From contig OZ193909.1 in NCBI GenBank assembly GCA_964276515.1, positions 4,154,001-4,218,000 of the forward strand: a stretch of DNA of 64,000 nt, written 5' to 3'. The DNA is from Gordius albopunctatus. Its lineage: Eukaryota. Within the stretch, counting starts at the first letter, position 1; every line of letters starts with the position of its first letter. The translations under genes were made by a program, and so were the position numbers. The notes beneath the pieces were generated by a model. It did no database searches, was not told the origin of the DNA, and saw nothing but the letters and a program-made list of their open reading frames with translations. This document shows, piece after piece, positions 1 through 12,491 of the stretch.

Positions 1-540
1 CCAGCATTACAACCTTAGGTCCCTCGCTTTTTATGGTCCCAGTCACGAGTGGCTTGAAGCCTACCCATGCAATCCCCTCAATCCGTGAGCCGTTAGATCC
101 CTCTCTTGAAGGTAGGATGCGCCCTGACAGTTCTTCTCTAGTCCCCTGGCAAAATAGCCTATCCCTCAAATGGGATTTTACTTGTATTGACATATTTGCC
201 TCTTCCCATTTTAATTACGACCCTATCGCTGCAGCAAAAGGGCGTAAAACTACAAAGTACTCTGCCCTTTTGGCATCCAATATTTTTATCACTGTCGTTG
301 CCTCGTGCTCCTGTTCTTTTGGTAAGCAGGTAATGGGGTTTTTTAAAGAAATCGGAAAACGCTCACCGAAATCTAAAATTTCTTAGTCCTTTTTACTCAG
401 GCAACAACTAGGGATTATTATTCTACGATACAACTATAAATCCTTTGCCGACTGATGGCCCATTTCAGGAGATCATGATATAGATCTATGTATCTAACTA
501 ATAGGTCTTTATTTATTTTTGTATTTAGCTTATTTATGTA
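1..540 (+). mobile_element. 3' fragment of a CRE-type (RLE) non-LTR retrotransposon
   Basis: ORF 33-386 contains DPSLEGRMRPDS..LVPW..LKWDFTCID (RLE endonuclease motif). It is similar at DNA level to 19020-19420. Confidence 0.75.
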
Positions 541-1963
541 ACTTTGTTTCATTAAAATAAACTTTTTAACCATAAAAATCATTGTATTAGTCAGATTTTG
601 ATTGCCATGATCGATATTAGTTAGTCTTAAATAGTTTTGTGATACAGTGTCAAATATAATTCTATATTATTAGCCAGGTATGAAGAAGGTTATGCTCCCA
701 AAAATTCGTTTAAATAAAAGGCATGTATTTTGTTGCCAAATTTTTTGGTAGACTCTTTTGATGAAATTTTGACTTTTGCATTCGTCTTTAATCTATCGAT
801 TCTTGCAGAATTGTTTATCAGTTATCTTTGGAGTTAATTTGTTACGAGAAATTTCGATGGAAGGCATTAATATGTTCACAAATCACAATAAAGTAAAGTA
901 ATGGTTAATAAATCGCTATAACTAATTTCGCCATGACTTTATTAGTTATCATGGCGTCAGGGGGTGGTAGGGAGGGGCAGCTGGCGCCCTCTAAATCCGA
1001 AAATACTTTAAAATTTCATAAAATTCTCATTTTGCCTCTCTTTAAACGTTATTGCCTCTAGTGATGGTGTTAAGTAAGATATAATATTGATATGAGTTTA
1101 TATCAGCAAGATTCATCCATATAATCCCATCTACAGAATAAAACTTTGGCGAACCTTTTAAGTTTGCGAGGACAAATAGAAGTTGACAATAAAGCGCGTC
1201 GCAATATAACATGACCAAGGTGAATTCGTTTCAAATAAATATTTTAACGATTTTTAAATAAAAGTTATTGGTAAGATTTTTTTCTCATAGATTCTTGATA
1301 ACAGATCATAATAATAATAAGGTTCTAATTTTTTTTAAATAAATTATAATATTTGTATTTTATCATGATAAAATATTTTGTGTATACCAAAAAATGTCCT
1401 ATTATAAAGCATACATCGATAGCAATTAATATGGAAATTTATTAGTGTAAATAATATAAATTACACAAAGCTATAAGGGTATATGTAAAAAATAATAAGC
1501 CATGTTATGTTATTTTTGGGGCGTTAAGTTGAAGCCATTCTTTTATTGGATCGGATGTTGACTTCTAGAAAAATAGAATAATATTTATTGGTTTCTTAAT
1601 TTATTTAACTAATAGTTTTTATGATGCTCTGAGATCAACAGCGAAACTTGTATAGCTTTCAACACACCCGATCTATAGTGAAACAAGTAGATACGGTGCA
1701 CTTTTGAGGAATTTGATTTGCAAAATGCTCGACTCTGGTCTATTTTTAAAATTTCGACTAAGTCTAGAGGTCGACTAAGGAGAACAGACCAAAAAACCTT
1801 TGGTTTGTTTATGTTTAATCCACTAAAACCGAAGGTCGACCAAATAAAACCCAACCGTTTTTACTACACTACGCTAAAGAGACAAATTTGACAATCGTCT
1901 TAGTTTTCCATCTCAAATGATTAGCCATTTTTTATGCTGATTTATGAGAACAGGTATATTAGC

Positions 1964-4900
1964 TCAAGATATTCCATGCATTACATTTTGACATCGATCC
2001 CCAGCATAGCCATCTAGGCATATGCATTCGCCTTCAATGTTGCAGTCGTTACGTCCGTAGGCGTTAATGCAATTTTTCGGGCATTCTAGATTTATACAAA
2101 ATTAGTATAAATACGTAAAATAATATATATAATATTCGGTAAATCAAAAATATTTAGTTGAGCACTAAACTCATAAGAATCATATAAAATGTTCTTTTAA
2201 ATTAAGATAATCTTTGAAGCATACCAGTAGCTTGTGGGAAGAATATCGAGATCATATTTTTAATAATGTATCAAGGTGTTTTAACACTTTTAGAGACACA
2301 TTGGTATCAGTGCCAGAAACCTCGCTGTATATTAGTATTGTTATTGTATAAAAGAATGTTACTAATTTCGTTTTTTTCTTAAATGAAAAACTTTTTTATC
2401 TGAAGTATCAATAACAAAATTTACCATTCTAAGAGCATTTGTAATTAATACAGCCTTAGAATGGAAGACGTTGAATCTAGCGGAAGCATCCCAACAACAT
2501 TACGTAAAAAGCTCATTTTTTTGGAATAATCTAAAAAGTTATTTCCATATGTTAATAGATTTATAAGGTTCCCCTAGAAATAATTTAAAGACTTTTAAAC
2601 TTATAGGTCAATCAGAAATGGTTGAAAACGCATGTTATTGTCACTTTAATTAAGCTGTGGCGATTTCGATGTATCCAACTGCAGTTAAACTGGTATTTTT
2701 ATTGGCATGTACCAAATTGTTTTTTTTTACGAGAAATATATAGATTTTTCCAGATTTATCAAACATATATAAAAGGATTACAGGACTCACTCCAACGTTA
2801 CTCTGCTCCTCTGGATATTCCATTTATTCATTACTTTTGCGATCACATCTTATTCTACCAACATCACATTGTTGACATAGCTTTCAACTGCACCTAGCTA
2901 GTTATCTAATCATCAAACCTGCTAAATTTTTTATCATCCTTACCAACACCCTCGCTTATATTTAATTTCGCTGTTATTTGATTTTTATCATTGCGTGTTT
3001 TGGTTTAATAATAAAAATAAAGGATTTGACAATCTTTACAAAGCCCTAATTTATAAAACATGTTAAACCAGACTTCATGTGTTCATCATTAATACGTATT
3101 AAAACATAATCATCACTAGTCAAATGTTTTGCCAATCTGTATTATCTAATTTTATAGCAAAACAAGCGAGCTTTATTTATTTATTTTTTATATAAATGAC
3201 ATTCACCAATACCTTTACTGCAATCGTCGCCATAAAACCCTGTTTTGCAATAACAACGCTTTCTATTGCATTCGCCAGATTTGGGATCGCCTTTATGGCA
3301 TTTGCATTCACCAGATTTTGAATCGCGTTCATAATGGCATTTGCATTCGGCAGATTTGGAATTGCGTTCATGGCATTCGCAATCTATTAACGATTCAAAA
3401 TTATTACTCCTTGCATTTAAAATTACAGAAGATGTGCAATTTGGTAAAAAAAATTTTATATTAAATAAAAATATGGCTTTTTATTTATTGAAATTATATG
3501 AGAATAAATCTATGAAGTAGTCATTTTAAATAGGTAACTATGAGTTTAAGATGTAAAAATGGTAGAATTTAAAAATGAGGAGTAAATTGAATTATATATT
3601 TTACTACTGAAATCACAATAAAATTCTTCCCCCTAAATAAATATGCTGTAAAATTTAAATCAATGATTGAGAGGTGTACCTAGAGAACTCCTGAAATTAC
3701 AACACAGAGAGTGTTAAAAAATTCATTTTTTAAATTAACTTATCACTGAAAATGAATTTTTAAGGTAGGATGTTTTGATCATTTATTGCTTTAATCATTG
3801 AAAATTTGGTATTCAAAAATTTATTATAAAAAAATAAGTTGGTAATAGAGAGTAGTTAAGGTGGAATTTATGATGGGCTAAGTCAGATTTTACTCAAATG
3901 GGGATGCAAAGAAGATGCTCATGATTAACTGAGATGCATACTGATGATATTTTTAAATTCTAATCCTCATTTGGCTTAATATATAATAATATGTATTAAC
4001 CATGAAATGCATAGCAATTAAAAGAGGGGGGATAGGCACCCCTAGACATGTCCATAATAATAAAATAGTTAAATAACACACGCGATATATATATAGGATA
4101 ATGATTAAACATAATTTCATAACGTCAAGATGGATGAAACTTATTAAAACAAAGACTAAATCTTATATATAAAAATTATATATATATATATATATATATA
4201 CTTGAACTGCAGTTGCTTCCATATTTGCCGATTGGGCATTCGCATTTGCCTTCCCAAGAGCATTTGTTTCCATTTTTCATATGCTTACAACTACAAACTA
4301 ACAAATACATTAGAGGTGAATTTAAGATATGATTATTGAATTTTTCAATTTTGATATAATTTAATAAGGGGACCCAGACCTTTTAAGTCATTTATTCTTA
4401 TCTTAAACTTTAAATCTAGAAACTACAAATTTTTCATAAAAAAATTGATGAAAAAGTCATTATATCTATTGAAGGAAATTTTGTTAAATTTCCAAACTGT
4501 AAGCTCCTAAAATGTCGGAGTTAAAATAAAAAATATTATAAACATGTGAAAATCATTCGAAATAATAATCGATAATCACATACATCTCAACCTGATGGTT
4601 TCCAATTTTCAAATATAATCTAATTTTTAGTTTAGATTAATCTTAGAATGATTATTAGCCAGCTATATAAGATACTGTGACGGGTAATATTAACAATGTT
4701 GTTATATTATATTCGTCCCTGGTAAAATGTAATAACAAAAAACGGAATTAATCATTAAATTTGAGAATTTGATAAAGTCAGAAATTTTAGAATATATATA
4801 TATATTTTTTTCTATGATTTAGTTATAGCTAAAAAAGATTTTTAAATATAAAATTGTAATAAGGTTTCATATTTTAAATAACCTTGATTACTGCCTTCTA

Positions 4901-7900
4901 ATTTTAAGATCGACTTTCTTTAAACCTCTTTTAACTCCTTATAGCATCTAGTTGCTTTGTTTTAAATGGATAGGAAGTGCGATAATTTTTAATGTTAAAT
5001 TTATTAATATCTTGATTAGAGTCATAAATATATCTATCTTCAATACCCAAATATAAATCAATATAAGTTTTGAAATATTAACAGTGACTTGAATTTCTTA
5101 CGTAAGTTATATATAAATTTTTAACTCACTTATAAATAATGTCATTTAATTATTATTTGCAATATTCTTCTTAAAACACCGCAAAAGTAAGATTTTGATA
5201 TCACTTATAGTTCAATAGTTTCTATTTAAAACTCAAATAACTCATTATGAACGAGTTGCACCAATTTCTATGGTGTTGTGACCTTTGTACACCTTCACAG
5301 TTATCACGAACAAGCCAAATTTATCTCAAAATTTTATGAAACAAATTAACGACGTTATTAACCCTCGAGAGCACTCCTGAAAATCACGAACGCGAGAGCA
5401 TTCGTGGGGTATATTTGACCCCATTTTTTAACTTCCTATAACTTTTTAAGTATTTTTTTAAACCTTTCAAATTTTGAAAATGTGTTTATAAAGGTCTTAA
5501 GATTGATGGTATAAATTTTGATATGAATCTAATCAACATTACAAAACTTATTAACGATTTTCTTGACCCCCATTTTTATTTTGACTATTTTAGAGTTTTA
5601 CCTCTTGACATCATATACCTTAAAATAAATCAAAATAAACGTGATTTTTTATTAAAAGAATGTCCAAAATATATTAAAAACACAAATTGTAAAAGATATC
5701 ATCAAACAAAAAAAATACATACATTTTTTCCAATAGAAAAAAACTTACGTGAGAGCATTCGTGGGGTACACAGTTTAAAAAGTAGTGGGCCAAAAGTTAT
5801 GAAATTTTCCTAAAACTTAGTTCTTGGTAAAATATTAGGCTACTGAAAAGGCCAGATTAATTCGTTTTTAAATGCATTTTATATTTGTGTTTGGACCCCA
5901 CGAATGCTCTCGAGGGTTAATAGAGAATAATGTACCCGATTCACACAAACGACCATAAAATCCATCTTTGCAAACGCAGTATCCATTATGAGTCCACAGT
6001 GTTTGACTCCGAACGCACTCTGTAATTGCCCCAAAAATACATTTCATTTTTATTTTTTCAAATCGTTGGCTTATGCCATAGTAAATAGGTTTAGAAGTTA
6101 CTTACTTTCGTTGCAGAGTTGCCCAACAACGTAATCCTGACAAATGCACATTCCGATTGGATTCACCTTTTTAGATGGACATTTACTCACTAAATAAACA
6201 ATGAAGTTTGTTGCATATGAGTCTAGCTCAGAATTTTATTATTATTACTATTATATAGAGAGCGTAGTAATAATGTCTTTCATATAGATAAATTTTAACG
6301 GTATTTTAATTAAATATGAACTAATTAATCTTAACCCCCTGCATTGAATTGGTTTTCTATTCATACATGTGTTTCCTTGATTTATACAACATAGATGATT
6401 ATCAAAATGTTTTAATTGTGGCATTTAAAAGCAAGTTAAGTCAGCTGCTTTTTACTTTAAATCTCTCATCTGATTAGATGTTGATCCTATATGATATAAA
6501 AATTTAGTTTGGGTGAAGGTCATATACAAATAAATTAGGTTTTGTTGCAAAGTCCATATTTTGGTAAATGTAAAATAAATCATCCCTGACGCATATGTAC
6601 AACTTATGAAAAATATGTATCAAACTTCAACGTGCGTTAGGACGACAGTTGGAGACTCTCAACCTTTTTAGGTTAAAATTGGATTACAAGAATGATCTGC
6701 TTTAAATCGTTTTTTATTCAATATAATTGTGGATGATAACTAGAGACATTTATAAGCCATCTGCTGTATGCTATATGCCGATGATATATTACTATGCGAA
6801 GGGACAAAGGAGAAAGTATTCTAAGAAGCCAAAAAATGGTCAAAGCGCTCAGCGGAATATGGTTTAAAGGTCAAAAATATAAAAACGGTGTACATGGAGA
6901 TAAAGGTTATAGACACCACATCATTAGATGATTATATGAAGTACCCAAAAGTAGATAGGTTTGCATACCTTGACTCGATGCAACATTAGGAGAGAGATTA
7001 CGCAACACACGTAAATGCCCGGATTCAAAAAAGATGGCTTAAATGGCGAAGTCTATCACGTGTAATGTGCGACAAGAAAATTCCACTATGGTTGAAGAAC
7101 AAAGCTTACAAATCCATCGTAAGATTGGGGTTACTTTACAGAGGCACTATACGTCACGGAAGAAAAGTTGGTACAGGCCATGGAGAAGAGAGTCATATGG
7201 TGGAGCCTTGGGTATACTAAGCTCGACCATATGTTTCTCAGGACGAAAATGGATATTCAACTTATGACGGACTTAACGAAAAAAGATGGGCACATACTAA
7301 GAAGGAAGACGAGTGATGTATTCGAAAAGTACTGTATATGGGGGTATCGTGGAAAGGAGGAGGAGGACGCTCTTGTCTCATTGCAAGGACAAGTGGACAA
7401 AGTTATGAATAATAAGAATATTAACCAAGACATGGCCCTTACCAATTCAAGATAAAAGAAAACTGTCAAAACAAATCCGACGACAGTGAGATCAAATACT
7501 TGATAAAGAAGAAGAAAATTTTCTTAATTCTAAATTAATTTTTTGATAGCCAAATCATAAATAACATAACTGATAAATTGGAAATGAATATATTATGTGT
7601 CATAATTATTATAACCGTCTTGGCAATAGCCTCCGGAATAGTTATCATGGCATATGCACCAACCATAAAAATCACATTCACCAAATGAGCCTTTCAAGTT
7701 ACACGAACAATCTATTAATAAGCATGTGAAATATGCGTAAACAAAAGAATATATGTTTTTATAAATGTGTTTTATTGAAAGTATTTAACATTTTTTAACT
7801 GTCTATTTTATCAAAGTTATTATTAACGTTAAATTTTAGTTAATTTATATAGTATTAAGATTATGAGGCATTATTTAGTGGAACTAGATTTGTAGTTTTA

Positions 7901-8458
7901 GGCTGTGAAGTGGGCTAATTTTCGAAACGTTTTAATATTATTTACTAACTAATGAAAGCCTTTTACTACTTCTAAATTTTTTAATTCAAAAAAGTTTATT
8001 TTAATCCTTTCTGATTTGTTTAAAAAGAATTGATTGTTTGATTCTGTTCTACAAACCTTAACCAACGAATATAGTTTAAATATCCAAATGAAAAACGATA
8101 TTTGATTTTTCATATTGAGTTAGGTTCTAATCGAAATGTTATGACTTTTTTTAAACTTTTTCATTGATACTTTTAAAGGTGTTATTTTACTTTGTGAGCA
8201 ATCAATTCCATAACTTCCTATAGGACACGCATTGAAATTGTCATTAAATTCTTCGTACGTTAGCGCAAAGTTGACTTTATATAGAACTAAATTTTAAAAA
8301 ATTTTGGAATTTTAACAAAATATCAAAATATTGAATAGGTAATTTTTAATAATTTCCAATGATTTAAATCGATATAATTATATTTAATATAAGTCAAATA
8401 TATATTAAAGCTTACTCGCCAATATAAATAATAAATATTTATGCATAAAATTTTCCAT
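1964..8458 (-). CDS. Secreted multiple-EGF-like repeat protein (MEGF10/SREC/laminin-EGF-like), ~263 aa, 8 exons
   Basis: Exons 8458-8416, 8286-8191, 7711-7616, 6189-6106, 6019-5936, 4297-4202, 3383-3213, 2085-1964. All introns are GT-AG and phase 1, and the exons join in frame (792 nt). N-terminal hydrophobic signal MENFMHKYLLFILAILYKVNFA, then repeats such as CSCNLKGSFGECDFYGWCICHDNYSGGYC and CECPIGKYGSNC; TGA at 1966-1964. Confidence 0.85.
5362..5916. mobile_element. piggyBac-type MITE
   Basis: TIRs CCCTCGAGAGCA / TGCTCTCGAGGG flanked by TTAA on both sides. A partial inverted copy lies at ~22100-22300. Confidence 0.8.
6560..7516 (+). mobile_element. Degenerate 5'-truncated RTE LINE fragment in an intron of the EGF gene
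   Basis: Broken RT-like sequence (MLYADDI, WLKWRS, WSLGYTKLDHM) homologous to the RTEs at 9.4-12.5 kb and 56-59 kb; ends in the TGATAAAGAAGAAGAA tail. Confidence 0.85.
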
Positions 8459-8492
8459 TACGACTTTAATTTGTATAATTTTCAAATAATAT

Positions 8493-9148
8493 CTCAACTA
8501 ATTAATTGTTATTATATATATTTGTACTTTAGCTCGTTTTACTCAACTAATTAATTATTATTATTATTAATACTTCAGCTCGTTTTACTAAACTAATTAA
8601 TTGTTACTATTAATATTTGTACTTCCGTTCGTTTTACTCAACTAATTAATTTTTACTATTAAAATTTGTACTTTAGCTCGTTTTACTCAACTAATTAATT
8701 GTTATTATTAATATTTGTACTTTAGCTCGTTTTACTCAACTAATTAATTGTTACTATTAATATTTGTACTTTAGCTCGTTTTACTCAACTAATTGTTATT
8801 ATTAATATTTGTACTTTAGCTCGTTTTACTCAACTAATTAATTGTTATTGTTAATAGTTGTACTTTAGCTCGTTTTACTCAACTAATTAATTGTTATTAT
8901 TAATATTTGTACTTTAGCTCGTTTTACTCAACTAATTAATTATTATTATTAATATTTGTACTTTAGCTCGTTTTACTCAACTAATTAATTGTTATTGTTA
9001 ATAGTTGTACTTTAGCTCGTTTCACTCAACTAATTAATTTTTATTTTTAATATTTGTATTTCAGCTCGTTTTACTCAACTAATTAATTGTTATTATTAAT
9101 ATTTGTACTTCAGCTCGTTTTACTCAACTAATTAATTGTTATTATTAA
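8493..9148. repeat. Minisatellite, ~13.5 copies of a 49-bp unit
   Basis: Unit CTCAACTAATTAATTGTTATTATTAATATTTGTACTTTAGCTCGTTTTA starts at 8493, 8542, 8588, 8637, 8686, 8735, 8784, 8829, 8878, 8927, 8976, 9025, 9074 and 9123 (partial). Confidence 0.95.
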
Positions 9149-9407
9149 AAGAAGGGACTTGAGTTATACTGATTGAAAAAGCATTTAATTTAAAGTTTTA
9201 ATTAAAATGTTGATTTGAAATAAAAAGCAGTTTAATTTTTTAAGGCTTATTAATTTGAACTTTAACAAGTTATTATTAATCAAGTTAGCTATTAAATGAA
9301 AATATATAAGTGCGTTAGATGAAGGAATATGTAAGAATCTAGAAGAGTCAAATTAAGTTATAATTAATAAGACGTTAATGGAAAGGTGTATTTGAGTTAC
9401 TTTAATT

Positions 9408-12400
9408 CTTCTTTATCGTGTTGAAAATCCCACAGACGTGGGGTACGTTTTCAGCAGCCTCTTCCATCTGAGTCGTGTGAATGCCATCCCAATTTCCATC
9501 TGTTTGGCGTCCATATCCTTTTCGACCAGTCGTTTCCAGGTGGCACGTGGTCTGCCCCTTCCTCTTCTTCCAGGCACGTCCATCTCCAGCGTTCGGCGTG
9601 TGACATCGTCTTCGTCTCTTCGTAATACATGGCCGTACCACCGCAGTCGATTTTCTCTTAAGAAGTCCTTCGTCGCTTGTATACCCATCTTTGTCATCAA
9701 GGATTCGTTCGTCATGCGATCCAGCTTGGTGTAGCCTAAGCTCCATCGCACCATTCTCATTTCCGTGACTTGCAAGAGTTTCTCCTCCGCGCTGGTTACA
9801 GCCCATGTTTCGCTCCCGTAAAGCAAGACCGGACGCACGATGGTTTTGTACGCCTTGCTTTTCAACCAAATTGGTATCTTTTTGTCACACATGACACCGG
9901 AGATGCTGCGCCACTTGAGCCATGCTTTCTTGATCCGAGAATGGACTTCGGCGGTACATCCTCCCTCTTGATGTAATAGCGAGCCAAGATATGTGAACTT
10001 ATCAACCTCCGTGTACCTTGGACCTTCAATTTTGTGCATTTGCGGAGTACCGCCCATCGTTTGCATGTAAACCGTTTTCTTCTCGCTGACCTTTAACCCG
10101 AATTCCGAGAAACGTTCTGACCATTTTTTCGCCTGATGAAAAACCCCTTCTCTTGTTTCATCGCATAGGACAATATCGTCGGCATATAGCATAGTCCAAG
10201 GGGCTGGCTTGTGCAAGTCCTTTGTTATTGTATCCATAATTAGATTAAACAAGAATGGGCTTAACGCTGATCCTTGATGTAGTCCGATCATTATTCGGAA
10301 GGGTTTCGTTACTCCTACGGTAGTCCTAACAGATGCAACCGCGCCATTATACATTTCCTTGATAAGTCGAACATATCCTTCGGGTATATTTCTGGCTCTA
10401 AGGGACCACCATATTAAGTCTCTCGGAACCGTATCGTAGGCCTTTTCTAAATCGATGAAGACCATGTGTAATTTCTTTCTTATGTCGCCATATTTTTCCA
10501 TCGTCTGCTTCAACGCAAAGATTGGGTCCATCGTTGATTTACCGGCCACAAATCCAAACTGATTGGGCGAGAGACAAACTTCGTCATTGAGCCTTTTCAC
10601 TAGCACCCTTTCTAGTAGTTTTAGTGAGTGGCAGGTCAACTTGATACCTCTAAAGTTGCCACATTCCTGCGCGTCTCCTTTACCTTTGTATATGGGTATG
10701 ATCGTACTTTCCCTCCATTGGTCAGGGATACGACTCTCATACAGCATAGCGTTAAATAGGCCTGTCATTATGTCGATTCCTTCTCCTTTGCACCCAAGCC
10801 AAGCTTCGATCGGTAGATCATCGGGACCTAGCGCTTTCCCTTTCCGCATCTTCGTTAGTTGTGCTCCTATTTCATAAGCCTGAAATGGTAAAACCAAGTT
10901 CGAGTTCGGTTCCACCCTCTCTAGCGGTCTTCTATCATTTGTTTTGTTCATCATATTTTGGAAATAATCTTTCCATCTTTTGATGACTTCCTTCGGTTTG
11001 CACAACGTTCGTCCCTCTTCGCTTTTAATGACTTTAAGTGTCCCGACATCTTGACTTTTTTTCTCCCTGATCTTTGCGAGTTTATACATGACTATGTCGC
11101 CGCCCTTGGTATCGAGCTTGTTTGCCATCTCGGTGTAAGCGTTGTTCTTCGCTATCGCGACCGCTATCTTAGCTTTGCGTTTCGCTTCACGATATGCCTC
11201 GTAGTCTTCTCCTTTCTTCGTTTTGTACCATCGTAGGTACAACGCCTTCTTTTCTTCTATAACCTCTTTGACCGAGTCATTCCACCACCATAGTTCACGC
11301 TTGTGAGCTCTGCCGCCCTTAGTTCGTCCCAATATTTGTAAGGCCGTTTCCTTTAGAACATTTGCAACGGTGCCCCACCTTTTGTTAATGTCGCCCTCCA
11401 AGCCTGCAACCTTCAAGAGCGGAGTTGCTCGAGTGTGAAACATTTCATTTGCATGATCATCCTTAAGCTTTTCGTACTTTGTCCTTGGTGTGTAGAATTT
11501 TCTCCTTACGGGAAAAATCTTTCTTGCTATATCGAGGACAACTGGCCGATGTTGTTTGGCGATTTCTTCCCCCGGTATAACCTTGCAATCTTTAACTTGC
11601 CACAAATTTATGCGCTTCACTAATATGTAGTCGACCTGTGTAAGGTGATTTCCACTACTGTACGTCGCTAAATGTTCGGTACGCTTCTGAAAGAAGGTAT
11701 TCACAATGGCCATATCGTAAGCTTGCGCCATCTGTAGTAACTTCTCTCCCTCTTTATTTTTCACTCCATAGCCATGCCCGCCGTGATTTCGTTCGTACAC
11801 GCCCCTTTCTTTCCCAACGTGCCCATTAAAGTCTGCTCCGATGATGAGATTCTCGTCAGGCTTCACGTAGCGTATTTCTTCTTCGAGCTTCTCATAGAAT
11901 TCGTACTTCTCGTTCTCGGAACATCCAACCTGGGGCGAATACGCACAAATAACATTGACAAGGCCGCCTTGATCCGCCAGCTTTATGCACATCAATCTAT
12001 CCGAGCATCGTTTGACTTCGACTACCTTGTCCTTAAAGGAATCGCTAAGCACTATACCGACCCCGTTCTTCCGTGATGGGGAACCCGAGTAGTATAGCTT
12101 GTAACCATCTCCTAGCTCCCTGGCTTTTGTTCCATGCCACCGTGTTTCTTGTAGACACGCTATGTGTATCCTTCGTCTTTTTAGCATCTGCGCAACCTCG
12201 ATGCTCTTCCCCGTCAGCGTGCCAACATTCCAGCTAGCCACTCTTGTCCGTTCGACAACTAGGTTCCTTAACCGCCTTCGTTGTGAGTGAGGCGGTGACC
12301 CTTGTATACTTTTCACATTGCACGGGTGGATGATGCAATGCGCGTCGTTTGGGGAGGACGCCCTAGCATTCTGGTATAAGTTCGTATTTGAAGCTGCCAT

Positions 12401-12491
12401 GGTGTTTGGAGTTGCTTTTTACAGCCGGCTTCCGACCTGACGCCAACCCTCCACTTTTTTCACACGGACTTGGGACCGTCGTTGGTAGTGT
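9408..12491 (-). mobile_element. Full-length intact RTE-clade non-LTR retrotransposon
   Basis: 19-bp TSD TATTTGAGTTACTTTAATT at 9389-9407 and 12492-12510; ~91-nt 5' UTR; single ORF; short GAAG tail. Confidence 0.95.
9413..12400 (-). CDS. RTE ORF: apurinic-type endonuclease + reverse transcriptase, 995 aa
   Basis: Uninterrupted ORF with APE motifs (SWNVGTL, CLQETRW, GADFNGH, VDYIL), RT motifs (FIDLEKAYD, GLHQGSALSP, YADD) and the RTE C-terminal RLRWYGHV..RGRGRP. Confidence 0.95.
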   Translation of the reverse strand: MAASNTNLYQNARASSPNDAHCIIHPCNVKSIQGSPPHSQRRRLRNLVVERTRVASWNVGTLTGKSIEVAQMLKRRRIHIACLQETRWHGTKARELGDGYKLYYSGSPSRKNGVGIVLSDSFKDKVVEVKRCSDRLMCIKLADQGGLVNVICAYSPQVGCSENEKYEFYEKLEEEIRYVKPDENLIIGADFNGHVGKERGVYERNHGGHGYGVKNKEGEKLLQMAQAYDMAIVNTFFQKRTEHLATYSSGNHLTQVDYILVKRINLWQVKDCKVIPGEEIAKQHRPVVLDIARKIFPVRRKFYTPRTKYEKLKDDHANEMFHTRATPLLKVAGLEGDINKRWGTVANVLKETALQILGRTKGGRAHKRELWWWNDSVKEVIEEKKALYLRWYKTKKGEDYEAYREAKRKAKIAVAIAKNNAYTEMANKLDTKGGDIVMYKLAKIREKKSQDVGTLKVIKSEEGRTLCKPKEVIKRWKDYFQNMMNKTNDRRPLERVEPNSNLVLPFQAYEIGAQLTKMRKGKALGPDDLPIEAWLGCKGEGIDIMTGLFNAMLYESRIPDQWRESTIIPIYKGKGDAQECGNFRGIKLTCHSLKLLERVLVKRLNDEVCLSPNQFGFVAGKSTMDPIFALKQTMEKYGDIRKKLHMVFIDLEKAYDTVPRDLIWWSLRARNIPEGYVRLIKEMYNGAVASVRTTVGVTKPFRIMIGLHQGSALSPFLFNLIMDTITKDLHKPAPWTMLYADDIVLCDETREGVFHQAKKWSERFSEFGLKVSEKKTVYMQTMGGTPQMHKIEGPRYTEVDKFTYLGSLLHQEGGCTAEVHSRIKKAWLKWRSISGVMCDKKIPIWLKSKAYKTIVRPVLLYGSETWAVTSAEEKLLQVTEMRMVRWSLGYTKLDRMTNESLMTKMGIQATKDFLRENRLRWYGHVLRRDEDDVTRRTLEMDVPGRRGRGRPRATWKRLVEKDMDAKQMEIGMAFTRLRWKRLLKTYPTSVGFSTR

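Noticed and set aside
3177..3371. ORF-track protein MNAIPNLPNANA..
   Set aside because: Wrong frame of the Cys-rich EGF exon 3383-3213.
8493..9148. CRISPR-like regular array
   Set aside because: Units are contiguous with no unique spacers, the context is eukaryotic and there are no cas genes.
9402..12076. Overlapping and antisense ORFs within the RTE (likewise at 57572-59205)
   Set aside because: Shadow ORFs of GC-richer coding sequence with no motifs.
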